A DNA stretch of 64,000 nt from Candidatus Poribacteria bacterium. Lineage in GTDB: Bacteria > Poribacteria > WGA-4E > WGA-3G. The DNA is taken from assembly GCA_963663765.2 (NCBI GenBank), contig CAXXUA010000005.1:736001-800000 (forward strand), in the 5' to 3' direction. Of the stretch, positions 10,668-20,574 are shown piece after piece (position 1 is the first letter of the stretch; the number at the start of each line of letters is the position of its first letter). The notes below the pieces were generated by a model. That model worked only from the letters and a program-made list of their open reading frames with translations, had not been told where the DNA came from and ran no database searches. The translations under genes were made by a program, and so were the position numbers.

Positions 10668-11337
10668 ATTAAGGAATTCTACTGGTTACTGGCAGGGGGT
10701 TACTCTCTTCGGTAGGAGCGACCTCCCGGTCGCGAACGGGAGGTCGCTCCTACCAGATTTCCGCTACTAATGAGACATTATCACATGAAAATGGTATTAT
10801 ATGCGATATCAACTCTCAAATCCTTCAATAATCTTTGAGACTGCGTAAGTCCTCCTCTTGATAGGATGCTTGAAGAATCGAATTCAGAAATTTGAGGACT
10901 GTTAAATGGCAATACCAATTCAAATAAATCTTGTCTCATTAAGGAATTCTACTGGTTACTGGCAGGGGGTTACTCTCTTCGGTAGGAGCGACCTCCCGGT
11001 CGCGAACGGGAGGTCGCTCCTACCAGATTTCCGCTGCTAATGAGACATTATCACATGAAAATGGTATTATATGCGATATCAACTCTCAAATCCTTCAATA
11101 ATCTTTGAGACTGCGTAAGTCCTGCTCTTGATAGGATGCTTGAAGAATCGAATTCAGAAATTTGAGGACTGTTAAATGGCAATACCAATTCAAATAAATC
11201 TTGTCTCATTAAGGAATTCTACTGGTTACTGGCAGGGGGTTACTCTCTTCGGTAGGAGCGACCTCCCGGTCGCGAACGGGAGGTCGCTCCTACCAGATTT
11301 CCGCTGCTAATGAGACATTATCACATGAAAATGGTAT
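10668..11337. repeat. 270-bp tandem units: IS630-type MITE with REP-B doublet plus IS701 end fragment
   Basis: Units start ATACCAATTCAAATAAATCTTGTCTCATTA at 10912 and 11182 and end TAATGAGACA..ATGGTAT. The spacer contains ~60 bp matching the end of the IS at 41135. Confidence 0.85.
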
Positions 11338-11399
11338 TATAATACTGTAGATTTGAATCTACAAGACTGTAAGTATATTATAGATAACAATATAAGGAC

Positions 11400-12767
11400 T
11401 CATATTATGTCTTCTTCGGGTTCATTTTCGTGCATGATTTCCTGTAACCCGATTGCGAAGCGGAATGCGATAAGACAGATGCCGAAGCAGATAGCAAACA
11501 ACCATTGATATCCGATTCTTGGTATGAGGAGTCCACCTATGACAGGCGCGAAACTTGCCGGTAAAAGGATAGTGTTCATGAACCCGATGTAACTTGGTCG
11601 GCTGCGTGGTGGAGCGATGTTTAGCATATACGCCATAAATCCAACCATTACACCGTTTGCTAAAATGCCCCCTACTGTGAAGATTAGCAGATAAACAGAT
11701 ACGTATAAAGAAGGTTGCAGCATTCCAGATATGGATGCAATGAAAGGTGGAACCGCCATGAGTCCCGCTGTGATAATCAACAACCAGCGCACACCATATT
11801 TTTCTCCGATGTATCCCCATATTGCGTTTGAAACGACTCCACTCAATTGGGAGCATACGATGAAGAACCCGATGGTGGCTTCTGGCACACCTAATTCATA
11901 GATTGCATACGGGACAAAAAAGGGGGATGCCATTCCAGAAAAATGTGCTCCGATTCGGAAGAAAATGAAGCGGCGATAATTCTTGTCTGTGCGTAAAAAA
12001 TGGGGTCCCTGCTTTAGATGTTTCCATATCGGTTGACGTTTCGTGTTGACAGGGTGGATGGGTTCCCTAATTCCTAAGAAGCTGATAAAGGAGAGGAATG
12101 CAGCAATCACCGAACAGATAAAGAGAACCGCATAATTAGAAGGAAATCCGAGTTCAGTTTCTGTTTGGAAGATGAATTTGATGACATCTAATGTGAGTGT
12201 TCTAAATATTAGTGTTATCCATCCGAGTATGCCAGTAAATTCGTCTTCTTTTCCGAGCATAGCGCGTACAAGGAAGCCGACCCAGATTCCGAAGAAACCA
12301 CCGAAGAGTTGTCTTAGACTAAAGAAACGTGCGCGTCTATTCGGTTCAATGGATTTTGAGACGATGTCCATGTAGGGTAGGGTTGATACACCCATAGCAG
12401 AGGAGGATAGGAAATAGAACCCCAAGAAACAGCATGCAAGAATGAACGGGTTTTGTGAGCCGATTTGCACGGTGCAAAGGAATATTGCAAGCCATGCGAA
12501 CACACGGATACTCATTCCGATCGCGTAATACGGCATTTTGCGTTGCCGATGTTCCAGTAGATTGGACACCAGCAGTTGTGGCCACATCCAACCTGCTGTC
12601 ATCATTGAACCTGTCAAACCCACTAAAAGATAAGATTCGGTGAGTTTATGCACAAAGGCGGAAAGCACTATTCCTGGATCTACAAAGGCGAGGTTGATTC
12701 GCATGAAAGTACCTTGCAGCAGCGCGAATCCGAAGTTACGTCGTTGATTGTTTCTTTTTTTGTGCAT
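11400..12767 (-). CDS. MFS transporter
   Basis: About 12 hydrophobic segments; WGYIGEKYGVR loop motif; APPRSRPSYIG. Confidence 0.8.
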   Translation of the reverse strand: MHKKRNNQRRNFGFALLQGTFMRINLAFVDPGIVLSAFVHKLTESYLLVGLTGSMMTAGWMWPQLLVSNLLEHRQRKMPYYAIGMSIRVFAWLAIFLCTVQIGSQNPFILACCFLGFYFLSSSAMGVSTLPYMDIVSKSIEPNRRARFFSLRQLFGGFFGIWVGFLVRAMLGKEDEFTGILGWITLIFRTLTLDVIKFIFQTETELGFPSNYAVLFICSVIAAFLSFISFLGIREPIHPVNTKRQPIWKHLKQGPHFLRTDKNYRRFIFFRIGAHFSGMASPFFVPYAIYELGVPEATIGFFIVCSQLSGVVSNAIWGYIGEKYGVRWLLIITAGLMAVPPFIASISGMLQPSLYVSVYLLIFTVGGILANGVMVGFMAYMLNIAPPRSRPSYIGFMNTILLPASFAPVIGGLLIPRIGYQWLFAICFGICLIAFRFAIGLQEIMHENEPEEDII

Positions 12768-12979
12768 TCTCTTTTGTGATCAGTGTGATAGGTAAATGAT
12801 TTTTGTGAAATGCGCGCGTTGTCTTTTGACAGAATTCCAGCGAATTGGTTGAGTTAAATATCTATCGGATAAATACAGTTCAAACTATTGTTTTTTCTTT
12901 ACAGAGAAGTGTGGGTATGGTAATTTGGTATAAATCTTATTTTACTATACACGCTTTGAAAGCGTATGAAGGAAAAAAT

Positions 12980-13933
12980 ATGGAACCTCTTCGAATTGGA
13001 TTTTTGGGTGCTGGTGGTTTCGCGAGACACACGATCTATCCTGCGTTGCACTTAGCACCAGTTGCATTACAAGCGGTTTGCGATGCAGATGAAAATCGTG
13101 CAAAAGCTGCCGCTGGGAAATTTGGTACGGGTAAATATTACTTGGATCGTCATGAGATGTTTGAAAAAGAGGATTTGGAAGCGGTAATAATCAGTATGGG
13201 ACCGGATCCAAGGCAACCGTTGGTGCTTGAAACGCTTGCGGCAGGCTATCATGTTTTTACACCGAAACCGCCTGCACCATCTCTTGAAGAAACGCTTGTT
13301 TTGGCAGAAGCAGCGGAAAAGCATGGCAAAACTTTGATGGTGAACTTCCAACGTCGTTTCAGTCTGGGTGTGCGCGAAGCAAGACGTATCATGCAGACCG
13401 AGTCTTTTGGTCAACTTACACAACTTTTCTGTTCGTTCTGTAGTGGTGCGTATGGGTCGGTGAAAGCGTATCTTCTTGATTTTGCTATCCATCATTTTGA
13501 TTTAGCACGGCACATTGCTGGCGCAAATGTCAATGAATTGTGTGTATTTCACAACGAGGTTGGCAATCAGGGTTCATTTGCTGTTGCTGTTGAATATACG
13601 AACGGTGCGGTTGGGACTTTGCAACTTTCAAGCCAACGTTTGTGGCAGCGTAATTATGACCACATTGAAATAACCGGGCAGCATGAATATATCGTATTAG
13701 AAGGTCTATGGGGTTTTGAACACTATACAGGTAGTGGAAATACCTTTAAGTCGAACTTTTCTGATGAACGTAATGGGGAGTTGACAGGCGATGGTATTAG
13801 TCTAACTGAGTTCGTGAATGCAATACGAGAGGACCGTCAACCTATATCGAGTATTCATGATTGCGTGGGTACGATGCGGTTCTATGATGCTGTTCTGCAG
13901 CGTAAGAAGGGTGTTATTTCACTTGCTGGTTAG
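12980..13933 (+). CDS. Gfo/Idh/MocA family oxidoreductase
   Basis: IGFLGAGGFA Rossmann motif, HVFTPKP, NFQRRF, DFAIHHFD; start MEPLRIG after GAAGG. Confidence 0.88.
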   Translation: MEPLRIGFLGAGGFARHTIYPALHLAPVALQAVCDADENRAKAAAGKFGTGKYYLDRHEMFEKEDLEAVIISMGPDPRQPLVLETLAAGYHVFTPKPPAPSLEETLVLAEAAEKHGKTLMVNFQRRFSLGVREARRIMQTESFGQLTQLFCSFCSGAYGSVKAYLLDFAIHHFDLARHIAGANVNELCVFHNEVGNQGSFAVAVEYTNGAVGTLQLSSQRLWQRNYDHIEITGQHEYIVLEGLWGFEHYTGSGNTFKSNFSDERNGELTGDGISLTEFVNAIREDRQPISSIHDCVGTMRFYDAVLQRKKGVISLAG

Positions 13934-13976
13934 CATAACTTTTTTCTTATAGTTGTGTGCTGTTAGGAAACCGCAC

Positions 13977-14265
13977 CATAGGCGTCAATTTAAAAAAAGT
14001 GTTTGCATTTTCTCTTGTGGGAGGGGTTTTCAACCCCGATATAACAGAAGATGAACATAAAATCCAAATCAACGTCAGAAGCGTGTTTGGCTTCTGTCGG
14101 GGTTGAAAACCCCTCCCACAATACGTGAAAATCCTAAAATTGACGCTTATGGTGCTGTTAGGAAACCGCACCCATAGGCGTCAATTTTAGGATTTTAACC
14201 TCTTTTGGGAGGGGTTTTCAATCTCTCCCAAAAGAAAAACGATAACATTTTTATTGACGTTTATG
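13977..14265. mobile_element. Two adjacent MITEs (TIR CATAGGCGTCAATTT) with REP-C cargo, embedded in REP-F hairpins
   Basis: First MITE 13977-14151 is flanked by the 20-bp direct repeat GTGCTGTTAGGAAACCGCAC (13957-13976, 14152-14171); second starts 14173. Confidence 0.75.
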
Positions 14266-14366
14266 GTGCGGTTTCCTAACAGCACCGGTCTTCTTATATA
14301 TGGTGAATTATTTCTATGGTGAATTATTTCTATGGTGAATTATTGAAATAATTATACGCTTCTTCT

Positions 14367-15096
14367 GTAGGAGCAACCTCCCGGTCGCGATCGTTCCCTG
14401 CGTTGGTAGGAGCGACATCCCGGTCGCGACCGTCACCTGCGTTGGTAGGAGCGACATCCCGGGCGCGACCGTCACCTGCGTTGGTAGGAGCGACATCCTG
14501 GTAGCGATCGTCCCCTGCGTTGGTAGGAGCGACATCCTGGTAGCGATCGTCCACTGCGTTGGTAGGAGCGACATCCTGGTAGCGATCGTCCACTGCGTTG
14601 GTAGGAGCAACATCCTAGTCTCGACCGTCACCTGCGTTGGTAGGAGCGACCTCCCGGGCGCGACCGTCACCTGCGTTGGTAGGAGCGACCTCCCGGGCGC
14701 GACCGTCACCTGCGTTGGTAGGAGCGACCTCCCGGGCGCGACCGTCACCTGCGTTGGTAGGACCAACATCCTGATCGTGATCGTCCCCTACGTTGGAAGG
14801 AGCGACCTCCCGGTCCCGACCGTCACCTGCGTTGGTAGAAGCAACATCCTGGTCGCGAGCGTCCCCTGCGTTGGTAGAAGCGACCTCCCGGTCGCGAGCG
14901 TCCCCTGCGTTGGTATGACCAACATCCCGGGCGCGACCGTCCCCTGCGTTGGTATGACCAACATCCTGGTCGTGATCGTCCCCTGAGTTGGTAGGAACGA
15001 CATCCTGGTCGCGATCGTCCCCTGCGTTGGTATGACCAACATCCCGGGCGCGACCGTCCCCTGCGTTGGTAGGAGCGACCTCCCGGTCGCGACCGT
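14367..15096. repeat. 19 x 39-bp tandem REP-B array (GTAGGAGCGACCTCCCGGTCGCGA core)
   Basis: Exact 39-bp period from GTAG at 14367 to 15069; units diverge by point changes. Confidence 0.92.
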
Positions 15097-15305
15097 ATGT
15101 AGACCATATTTCAATACAATCATGACCATAAGGTCCCTCCTATCAACGCGAGAGTGTAATTAATTCCATAATCTACCATAAATTACCGAAATTATTTATT
15201 GATCTTCTAATGGCATTCATACCGTTGATTTCTTAATTTGGTGATTCAGACAAAAACCGCGAACCAAACAAAAAACTAAATATACCTGCCTTACGATTTC
15301 AACTC

Positions 15306-15334
15306 TTGACACATTCCACGTGATGCTATAAAAT
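15306..15334 (+). promoter_or_regulatory. sigma70-type promoter of acs
   Basis: TTGACA-17 bp-TAAAAT. Confidence 0.6.
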
Positions 15335-15383
15335 AGAATCAAAAGAATGGAAGCACAGACACAGTTCATACAGGAGAGAATAG

Positions 15384-17327
15384 ATGGCTAACAACGTTTT
15401 TCCACCGGTGGAGACTGCCTATCCAATCGGTGAGGCTCACGTCAACAGCTTGGAAGCATACCAGAAACGATACGCTGAATCAATTCAAGACCCAGAATCA
15501 TTTTGGGAAAAAATTGCAGAACGGTTGACGTGGTATAAAAAATGGGATACAGTTCAGAATTATGACTTTGTGAAAGCACAAATTAAGTGGTTTGAAGGTG
15601 CTACGTTAAACGCCTGTTATAACTGCCTTGACAGACATGTAGAAGCAGGACATGGAGACACAACGGCTATTATTTGGGAAGGCAATGATCCTTCCGAAGA
15701 TAAGACTTTCAGTTTCAGCCAACTGCTTGCAGAAGTCAAAAAGTTTGCTAATGTCCTAAAATCGTTGGATGTTGAAAAAGGGGACCGCGTCTGCATATAC
15801 CTGCAAATGGTGCCAGAATTGGCAATTGCAATGTTGGCGTGTGCAAGGATTGGCGCAGTCCATTCCATTGTTTTCGGTGCGTTTTCTGCGGAATCATTGC
15901 GAGATCGAATCAACGACTCCACCTGCAAACTGCTGATAACACAAGATACAGCGTTGCGTGGCACACGTAGTGACATTCCAATGAAAGCAAACGCCGATGC
16001 AGCAGTAGAGAATTGTCCATCAATTGAGAAGGTCGTTGTCGTGAAGAGAACAGGTGATGAAGTAGAATTTGACACAACGCGCGATGTGTGGTGGCACGAA
16101 GCAATGGCTACTGCAGAGACCGAATGTGAACCAGAAGTCATGAACGCAGAAGACCCACTTTTCATCCTTTATACATCAGGTTCAACAGGAAAACCGAAAG
16201 GCGTTTTACACACTACTGGCGGTTATATGGTATACACATCCTATACCCACCAGCAGGTTTTTGACTACCATCAAGGCGATGTGTATTGGTGCACTGCCGA
16301 CATAGGATGGATTACTGGACATTCCTATATCATCTACGGACCTCTCGCGAATCGTGCAATTACCGTCATGTTTGAAGGTGTTCCGAATTATCCAGACTAC
16401 GGACGTTTTTGGCAAGTCGTAGAAAAACATAAGATAAACCTATTTTATACCGCGCCAACAGCACTGCGTGCATTAATGAAGGAGGGAAATACCTGGGTAG
16501 AAAAATATGATAGGTCTACGCTCAGATTACTTGGTACAGTCGGTGAACCTATAAAAGAACCTGAATGGCTATGGTATTATAATATCGTCGGTGAAAAACG
16601 GTGTCCAATTGTTGACACTTGGTGGCAGACAGAAACAGGTGGCATTCTGATTACACCCTTACCAGCTGCAACCCCACTAAAACCCGGTTCGGCAACGTTC
16701 CCGTTCTTTGGCATAGAACCTGTAATTTTAGACGAAGAAGGAAACGAAGTGGAAGGCAATCCTGCAACCGGTTATCTCTGCATCAAAACAGCTTGGCCCG
16801 GTATCATGCGGACAGTGTATGGTGACCATGAACGTTTTATAGATGTTTATTTTCGACGATTCCCTGGTTATTACATGACAGGTGATGGCGTGTTGCGTGA
16901 TGAAGATGGGTATTATTGGATAACGGGTCGTGTAGACGATGTGTTGAATGTCTCCGGACATAGATTAGGAACAGCCGAAGTTGAAGGGGCTATCGGGCAA
17001 CATCATGCCGTTGCGGAAGCCGCAGTTGTCGGATACCCACACGACATTAAAGGACAGGGTATCTATGCCTATGTTACGCTTATGACAGGTGAAACCGCAT
17101 CTGATGACGTAGCATCAGGTATCAAACTGGCAGTCCGTCAACATATCGGACCTATTGCTACACCAGACAAGATTCAGTTTACACCAGCGTTGCCGAAAAC
17201 ACGATCTGGAAAGATCATGCGCCGAATCCTACGCAAAATAGCCGAAGGTGACATATCTGATCTCGGTGATACGTCTACACTCGCTGATCCGACAGTCGTT
17301 GACGCATTGGTTGAAGGCAGACAGTAA
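15384..17327 (+). CDS. acs: Acetyl-CoA synthetase
   Basis: [37 protein letters not shown]; AGGAG RBS. Confidence 0.97.
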   Translation: MANNVFPPVETAYPIGEAHVNSLEAYQKRYAESIQDPESFWEKIAERLTWYKKWDTVQNYDFVKAQIKWFEGATLNACYNCLDRHVEAGHGDTTAIIWEGNDPSEDKTFSFSQLLAEVKKFANVLKSLDVEKGDRVCIYLQMVPELAIAMLACARIGAVHSIVFGAFSAESLRDRINDSTCKLLITQDTALRGTRSDIPMKANADAAVENCPSIEKVVVVKRTGDEVEFDTTRDVWWHEAMATAETECEPEVMNAEDPLFILYTSGSTGKPKGVLHTTGGYMVYTSYTHQQVFDYHQGDVYWCTADIGWITGHSYIIYGPLANRAITVMFEGVPNYPDYGRFWQVVEKHKINLFYTAPTALRALMKEGNTWVEKYDRSTLRLLGTVGEPIKEPEWLWYYNIVGEKRCPIVDTWWQTETGGILITPLPAATPLKPGSATFPFFGIEPVILDEEGNEVEGNPATGYLCIKTAWPGIMRTVYGDHERFIDVYFRRFPGYYMTGDGVLRDEDGYYWITGRVDDVLNVSGHRLGTAEVEGAIGQHHAVAEAAVVGYPHDIKGQGIYAYVTLMTGETASDDVASGIKLAVRQHIGPIATPDKIQFTPALPKTRSGKIMRRILRKIAEGDISDLGDTSTLADPTVVDALVEGRQ

Positions 17328-17335
17328 AATGTACC

Positions 17336-17485
17336 AGGACTTACGCACCCAACGGTAGGCGGGGAATGCCTAAATGGCATTCATACCGTTGATTTGGTGC
17401 TTTGTAAGCGCGCTATTGGGACTTGATGTGCCAGCACGCCTACCAGGGTGGGTTAGATAGAATCACCTAATTTATTTATTAACGA
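17336..17485. repeat. Chimeric MITE: IS701-type left end, REP-A, 36-bp micro-element
   Basis: CAGGACTTACGCACCCAACGGTAGGC followed by the micro-element at 17361-17396; right part resembles 34201-34245. Confidence 0.7.
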
Positions 17486-17570
17486 GTTGTGCTAAATAAC
17501 TTTATGTTAATCATTGTTTTACATAATCAGAACGTTTTGCAGGCAACCTTCATAGTTTGAAACGATCTTC

Positions 17571-17694
17571 AGTCCCGTAGGGACGATATGTTTATAGAAA
17601 AACGGCATAGTACATCCTCTTTAGTCCCGTAGGGACGATATGTTTATAGAAAAACGGCATAGTACATCCTCTTTAGTCCCGTAGGGACGATATG
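17571..17694. repeat. 52-bp tandem repeat with REP-D palindrome AGTCCCGTAGGGAC
   Basis: About 2.4 copies; same palindrome recurs at 34548-34700. Confidence 0.8.
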
Positions 17695-17914
17695 TGTGCA
17701 TTATAAACCTAATATATGTAAAAACTTGGAAAACAATGGGTTAACTAGCACAAGTCGTTTTATTAATCTCCATACAGTTTGTGCTACAATAACTTGTGAA
17801 AAGGACATTATACTAAGAATAAACGGTATCTGCAGGTCTATAATCCTATAGGTAGCAACTTGCGTTATTAAAGTAGAAATGGTATTAAATAAAGCGCATG
17901 AATGAGGAGTACGC

Positions 17915-18409
17915 GTGGCATCAGCAATAAGAATCGTAGATGCATTGAAAAAACAGAATATCACACATGCCGTTGGGGTACCAGACAACGGCAGCGCAAA
18001 GATTTACGAGTTATTATGCAAAGACAAGGAAATTGATGTAATCACAGTAACACGAGAAGGGGAAGCATTCGCAATCGCAGCCGGTTTATATATCGGTGGA
18101 AAGAAACCCGTTATCATCATTCAAAATACTGGTTTCTTAGAATCAGGTGATGCAATACGCGGCACAGTCATCAACATGAAAATACCTGTCGTTGTCCTCA
18201 TCGGGTATCGTGGTTATCACAACCGTGATGCTGATGGCAAGTGGGTTGACTCTGTTGCCACCTTCCTTGAACCGACACTCAAAGCATGGAACTTGCCCTA
18301 TCATAAGTTAGAAACAGACACTGATATTGAAAGCATTGATTGGGCATTCAATAAGTCTACAAAAACGTCCCTACCTGCTGCAGTACTCCTCATCGGACAT
18401 GCAAAATAA
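17915..18409 (+). CDS. Sulfopyruvate/phosphonopyruvate decarboxylase alpha-subunit-like (TPP N-terminal domain)
   Basis: GVPDN, TREGEAFAIAAG, QNTG, IGYRG motifs (ComD-like); GAGGAG RBS. Confidence 0.75.
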   Translation: MASAIRIVDALKKQNITHAVGVPDNGSAKIYELLCKDKEIDVITVTREGEAFAIAAGLYIGGKKPVIIIQNTGFLESGDAIRGTVINMKIPVVVLIGYRGYHNRDADGKWVDSVATFLEPTLKAWNLPYHKLETDTDIESIDWAFNKSTKTSLPAAVLLIGHAK

Positions 18410-18429
18410 AGAAAAAGGAAAGTATAAGT

Positions 18430-18580
18430 AATACCAATTCAAATAATACTGTCTCAATAAGGAATTCCACTTCTATTGCTGGTTGGATGTTCTTCTCATC
18501 GGTAGGAGCGACCTCTCGGTCGCGACCGGGAGGTCGCTCCTACCTGTGTAAGTGTGTAATTAATTCCATAATTTACCATA
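18430..18580. repeat. IS630-type MITE with REP-B doublet
   Basis: ATACCAATTCAAATAA..GTAGGAGCGACC..GGTCGCTCCTAC..ATTTACCATA. Confidence 0.7.
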
Positions 18581-18607
18581 AATAACCCTGTGACTGGAGC
18601 GAATTAA

Positions 18608-19810
18608 ATGTTAAGCGTTGAAGAAGCACGTCAACAGATGTTAGACACCATTCCCGTTCTACCGACAGAAAAACTTGAGATACTTGATTGCACGAATTAT
18701 GTACTCGCAGAAACACTGCATGCAACTGAGAATATCCCTCCGTTTGACAACTCAGCAATGGACGGTTTTGCAGTTCGTTCATCAGATGTAAAGAGTGCAT
18801 CCAAAGAGAATCCCGTTGTGCTTTCTGTCATTGAAACAATCGCAGCAGGATATGCACCTGATAAACATGTCAATTCTGGACAAACATCACGGATTATGAC
18901 AGGTGCGATGATGCCAGATGGCGCAGACGCGGTCGTGATGCAAGAAGTGACTGAACTCGTTGGTGATGAAGTCAAAATCTATGAAAGTGTTGAGGAAAAT
19001 GAAAATGTTCGCTTCACTGGCGAAAGCGTCCAACAAGGGGATTGCGTAATGTCTCCCAGTAAAGTTCTACGTCCACCTGAAATCTCAATGCTCGCTTCCC
19101 TCAATTGTGGAGAAGTAACTGTTCACCAAAGACCAAAAGTCGCCATTGTCTCCACAGGTGATGAACTTACACCACTTGGCCAACCTTTGACACCCGGTAA
19201 AATACGGGATAGCAATCGGTACGGTATCTATGCACAAGTGCAGAGTGCGGGTGGTATTCCAGTTGATATGGGAATCGCACCTGATGATGAAGCAGAAACT
19301 GAACGTATCTTCCGAGAATCCCTTACAAAAGCAGATGCGCTTATTACAAGTGGTGGTGTTTCAGTCGGAGAACATGATGTTGTGAAAAACGTCCTGACGA
19401 AATTGGGTGAAATGAACTTTTGGCGTGTCGCAATGAAACCAGGAAAACCACAAGTTTACGGCTTTATTGACAGAAAACCAATTTTTGGATTACCCGGCAA
19501 CCCTGTCTCTTCACTTGTAGTATTTGAGCTGTTTGTCCGTCCTGCGCTCCTGAAGATGGCTGGACATACTGACCTATTAAGACCCACCTTCACAGCGGTT
19601 CTCGCTACAGACGTTACGAACAGAGATGGACGCGTAAACTATATGCGCGCAATTCTCACAAAACAGGATGGACAATACATTGCCAAAACAACCGGTCCGC
19701 AAGGGTCTGGCATCCTCCATTCACTTGTATTGGCAAACGGTTTAATCACCATTCCTGCGGGTGTCACCTTACATGTTGGTGAAACTGTGGAAGCACAATT
19801 CTTGCACTAA
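18608..19810 (+). CDS. moeA: Molybdopterin molybdenumtransferase
   Basis: PPFDNSAMDGFAV, IMTGA, STGDEL, TSGGVSVG, MKPGKP, GLPGNPVS. Confidence 0.95.
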   Translation: MLSVEEARQQMLDTIPVLPTEKLEILDCTNYVLAETLHATENIPPFDNSAMDGFAVRSSDVKSASKENPVVLSVIETIAAGYAPDKHVNSGQTSRIMTGAMMPDGADAVVMQEVTELVGDEVKIYESVEENENVRFTGESVQQGDCVMSPSKVLRPPEISMLASLNCGEVTVHQRPKVAIVSTGDELTPLGQPLTPGKIRDSNRYGIYAQVQSAGGIPVDMGIAPDDEAETERIFRESLTKADALITSGGVSVGEHDVVKNVLTKLGEMNFWRVAMKPGKPQVYGFIDRKPIFGLPGNPVSSLVVFELFVRPALLKMAGHTDLLRPTFTAVLATDVTNRDGRVNYMRAILTKQDGQYIAKTTGPQGSGILHSLVLANGLITIPAGVTLHVGETVEAQFLH

Positions 19811-19821
19811 ACAGAATTATT

Positions 19822-20574
19822 ATGTCAGAAAAAACAGCACTAACAAGAAATTGGGGAGAGATGGCTTTTGCTGATTCAGACGGATCAGGCACTCCTTTGC
19901 TTTTCTTACACGGCACAGGTTGTGATTCAGCAGATTGGTCAGCTGTAACAGAAGGTTTCACTCAGAATCAACGGTATATTACGTTGGATTTTCGCGGACA
20001 TGGACAAAGCAGCACCCCTTTCAACTCATTTACATTATCCGATCTTGCTGATGATGTGGTGAAACTTCTTGCATATCTCAGCATATCAAAGGTAATACTT
20101 GCTGGACATAGCCTCGGCGGTATGGTCGCAATGGAAGTAGCAAGACGTTCCTGCAGTGTCAATGGACTTATTTTGCTTGAAGGATGGACAAGCTTGTCTA
20201 ATGTTCGCAGTGCATTTGATCAGGGACGCTTTTACGGTTCACTTTCCCAAACGGAGATTGATCAGATTCAACACAAATCACAGCAGACACGATCCCGTTT
20301 TGAACAAAGTGTCTGGCAGAGTTTTTGGTCAACTGTCAGAAACTTTGACGGCTACGCTTATCTTGAGCAGGCACAAATTCCTATCTATGAAGTATTTGGC
20401 GAAATGGGTAGGCATGAGTCAACAGAAAGGTTGTTACGCATACCCCCTAATCCCAATATCCAGTGGAAATGGGTGCAGAATGCTGGACATTATCTGCCGC
20501 ACGAATGTCCAGCAGAAGTTGCGGAAATTTGCTGTAGTGTTGTAGAGATATTATCGCAAGGTGATCTTCTCTGA
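19822..20574 (+). CDS. Alpha/beta hydrolase
   Basis: FLHG, DFRGHG, GHSLGG nucleophile elbow, AGHY. Confidence 0.88.
   Translation: MSEKTALTRNWGEMAFADSDGSGTPLLFLHGTGCDSADWSAVTEGFTQNQRYITLDFRGHGQSSTPFNSFTLSDLADDVVKLLAYLSISKVILAGHSLGGMVAMEVARRSCSVNGLILLEGWTSLSNVRSAFDQGRFYGSLSQTEIDQIQHKSQQTRSRFEQSVWQSFWSTVRNFDGYAYLEQAQIPIYEVFGEMGRHESTERLLRIPPNPNIQWKWVQNAGHYLPHECPAEVAEICCSVVEILSQGDLL

Noticed and set aside
17361-17396. 36-bp micro-element as a CRISPR repeat or group II intron remnant
   Set aside because: Dispersed single copies, no GTT..AAC-type ends, and no domain V-like motif or RT gene.
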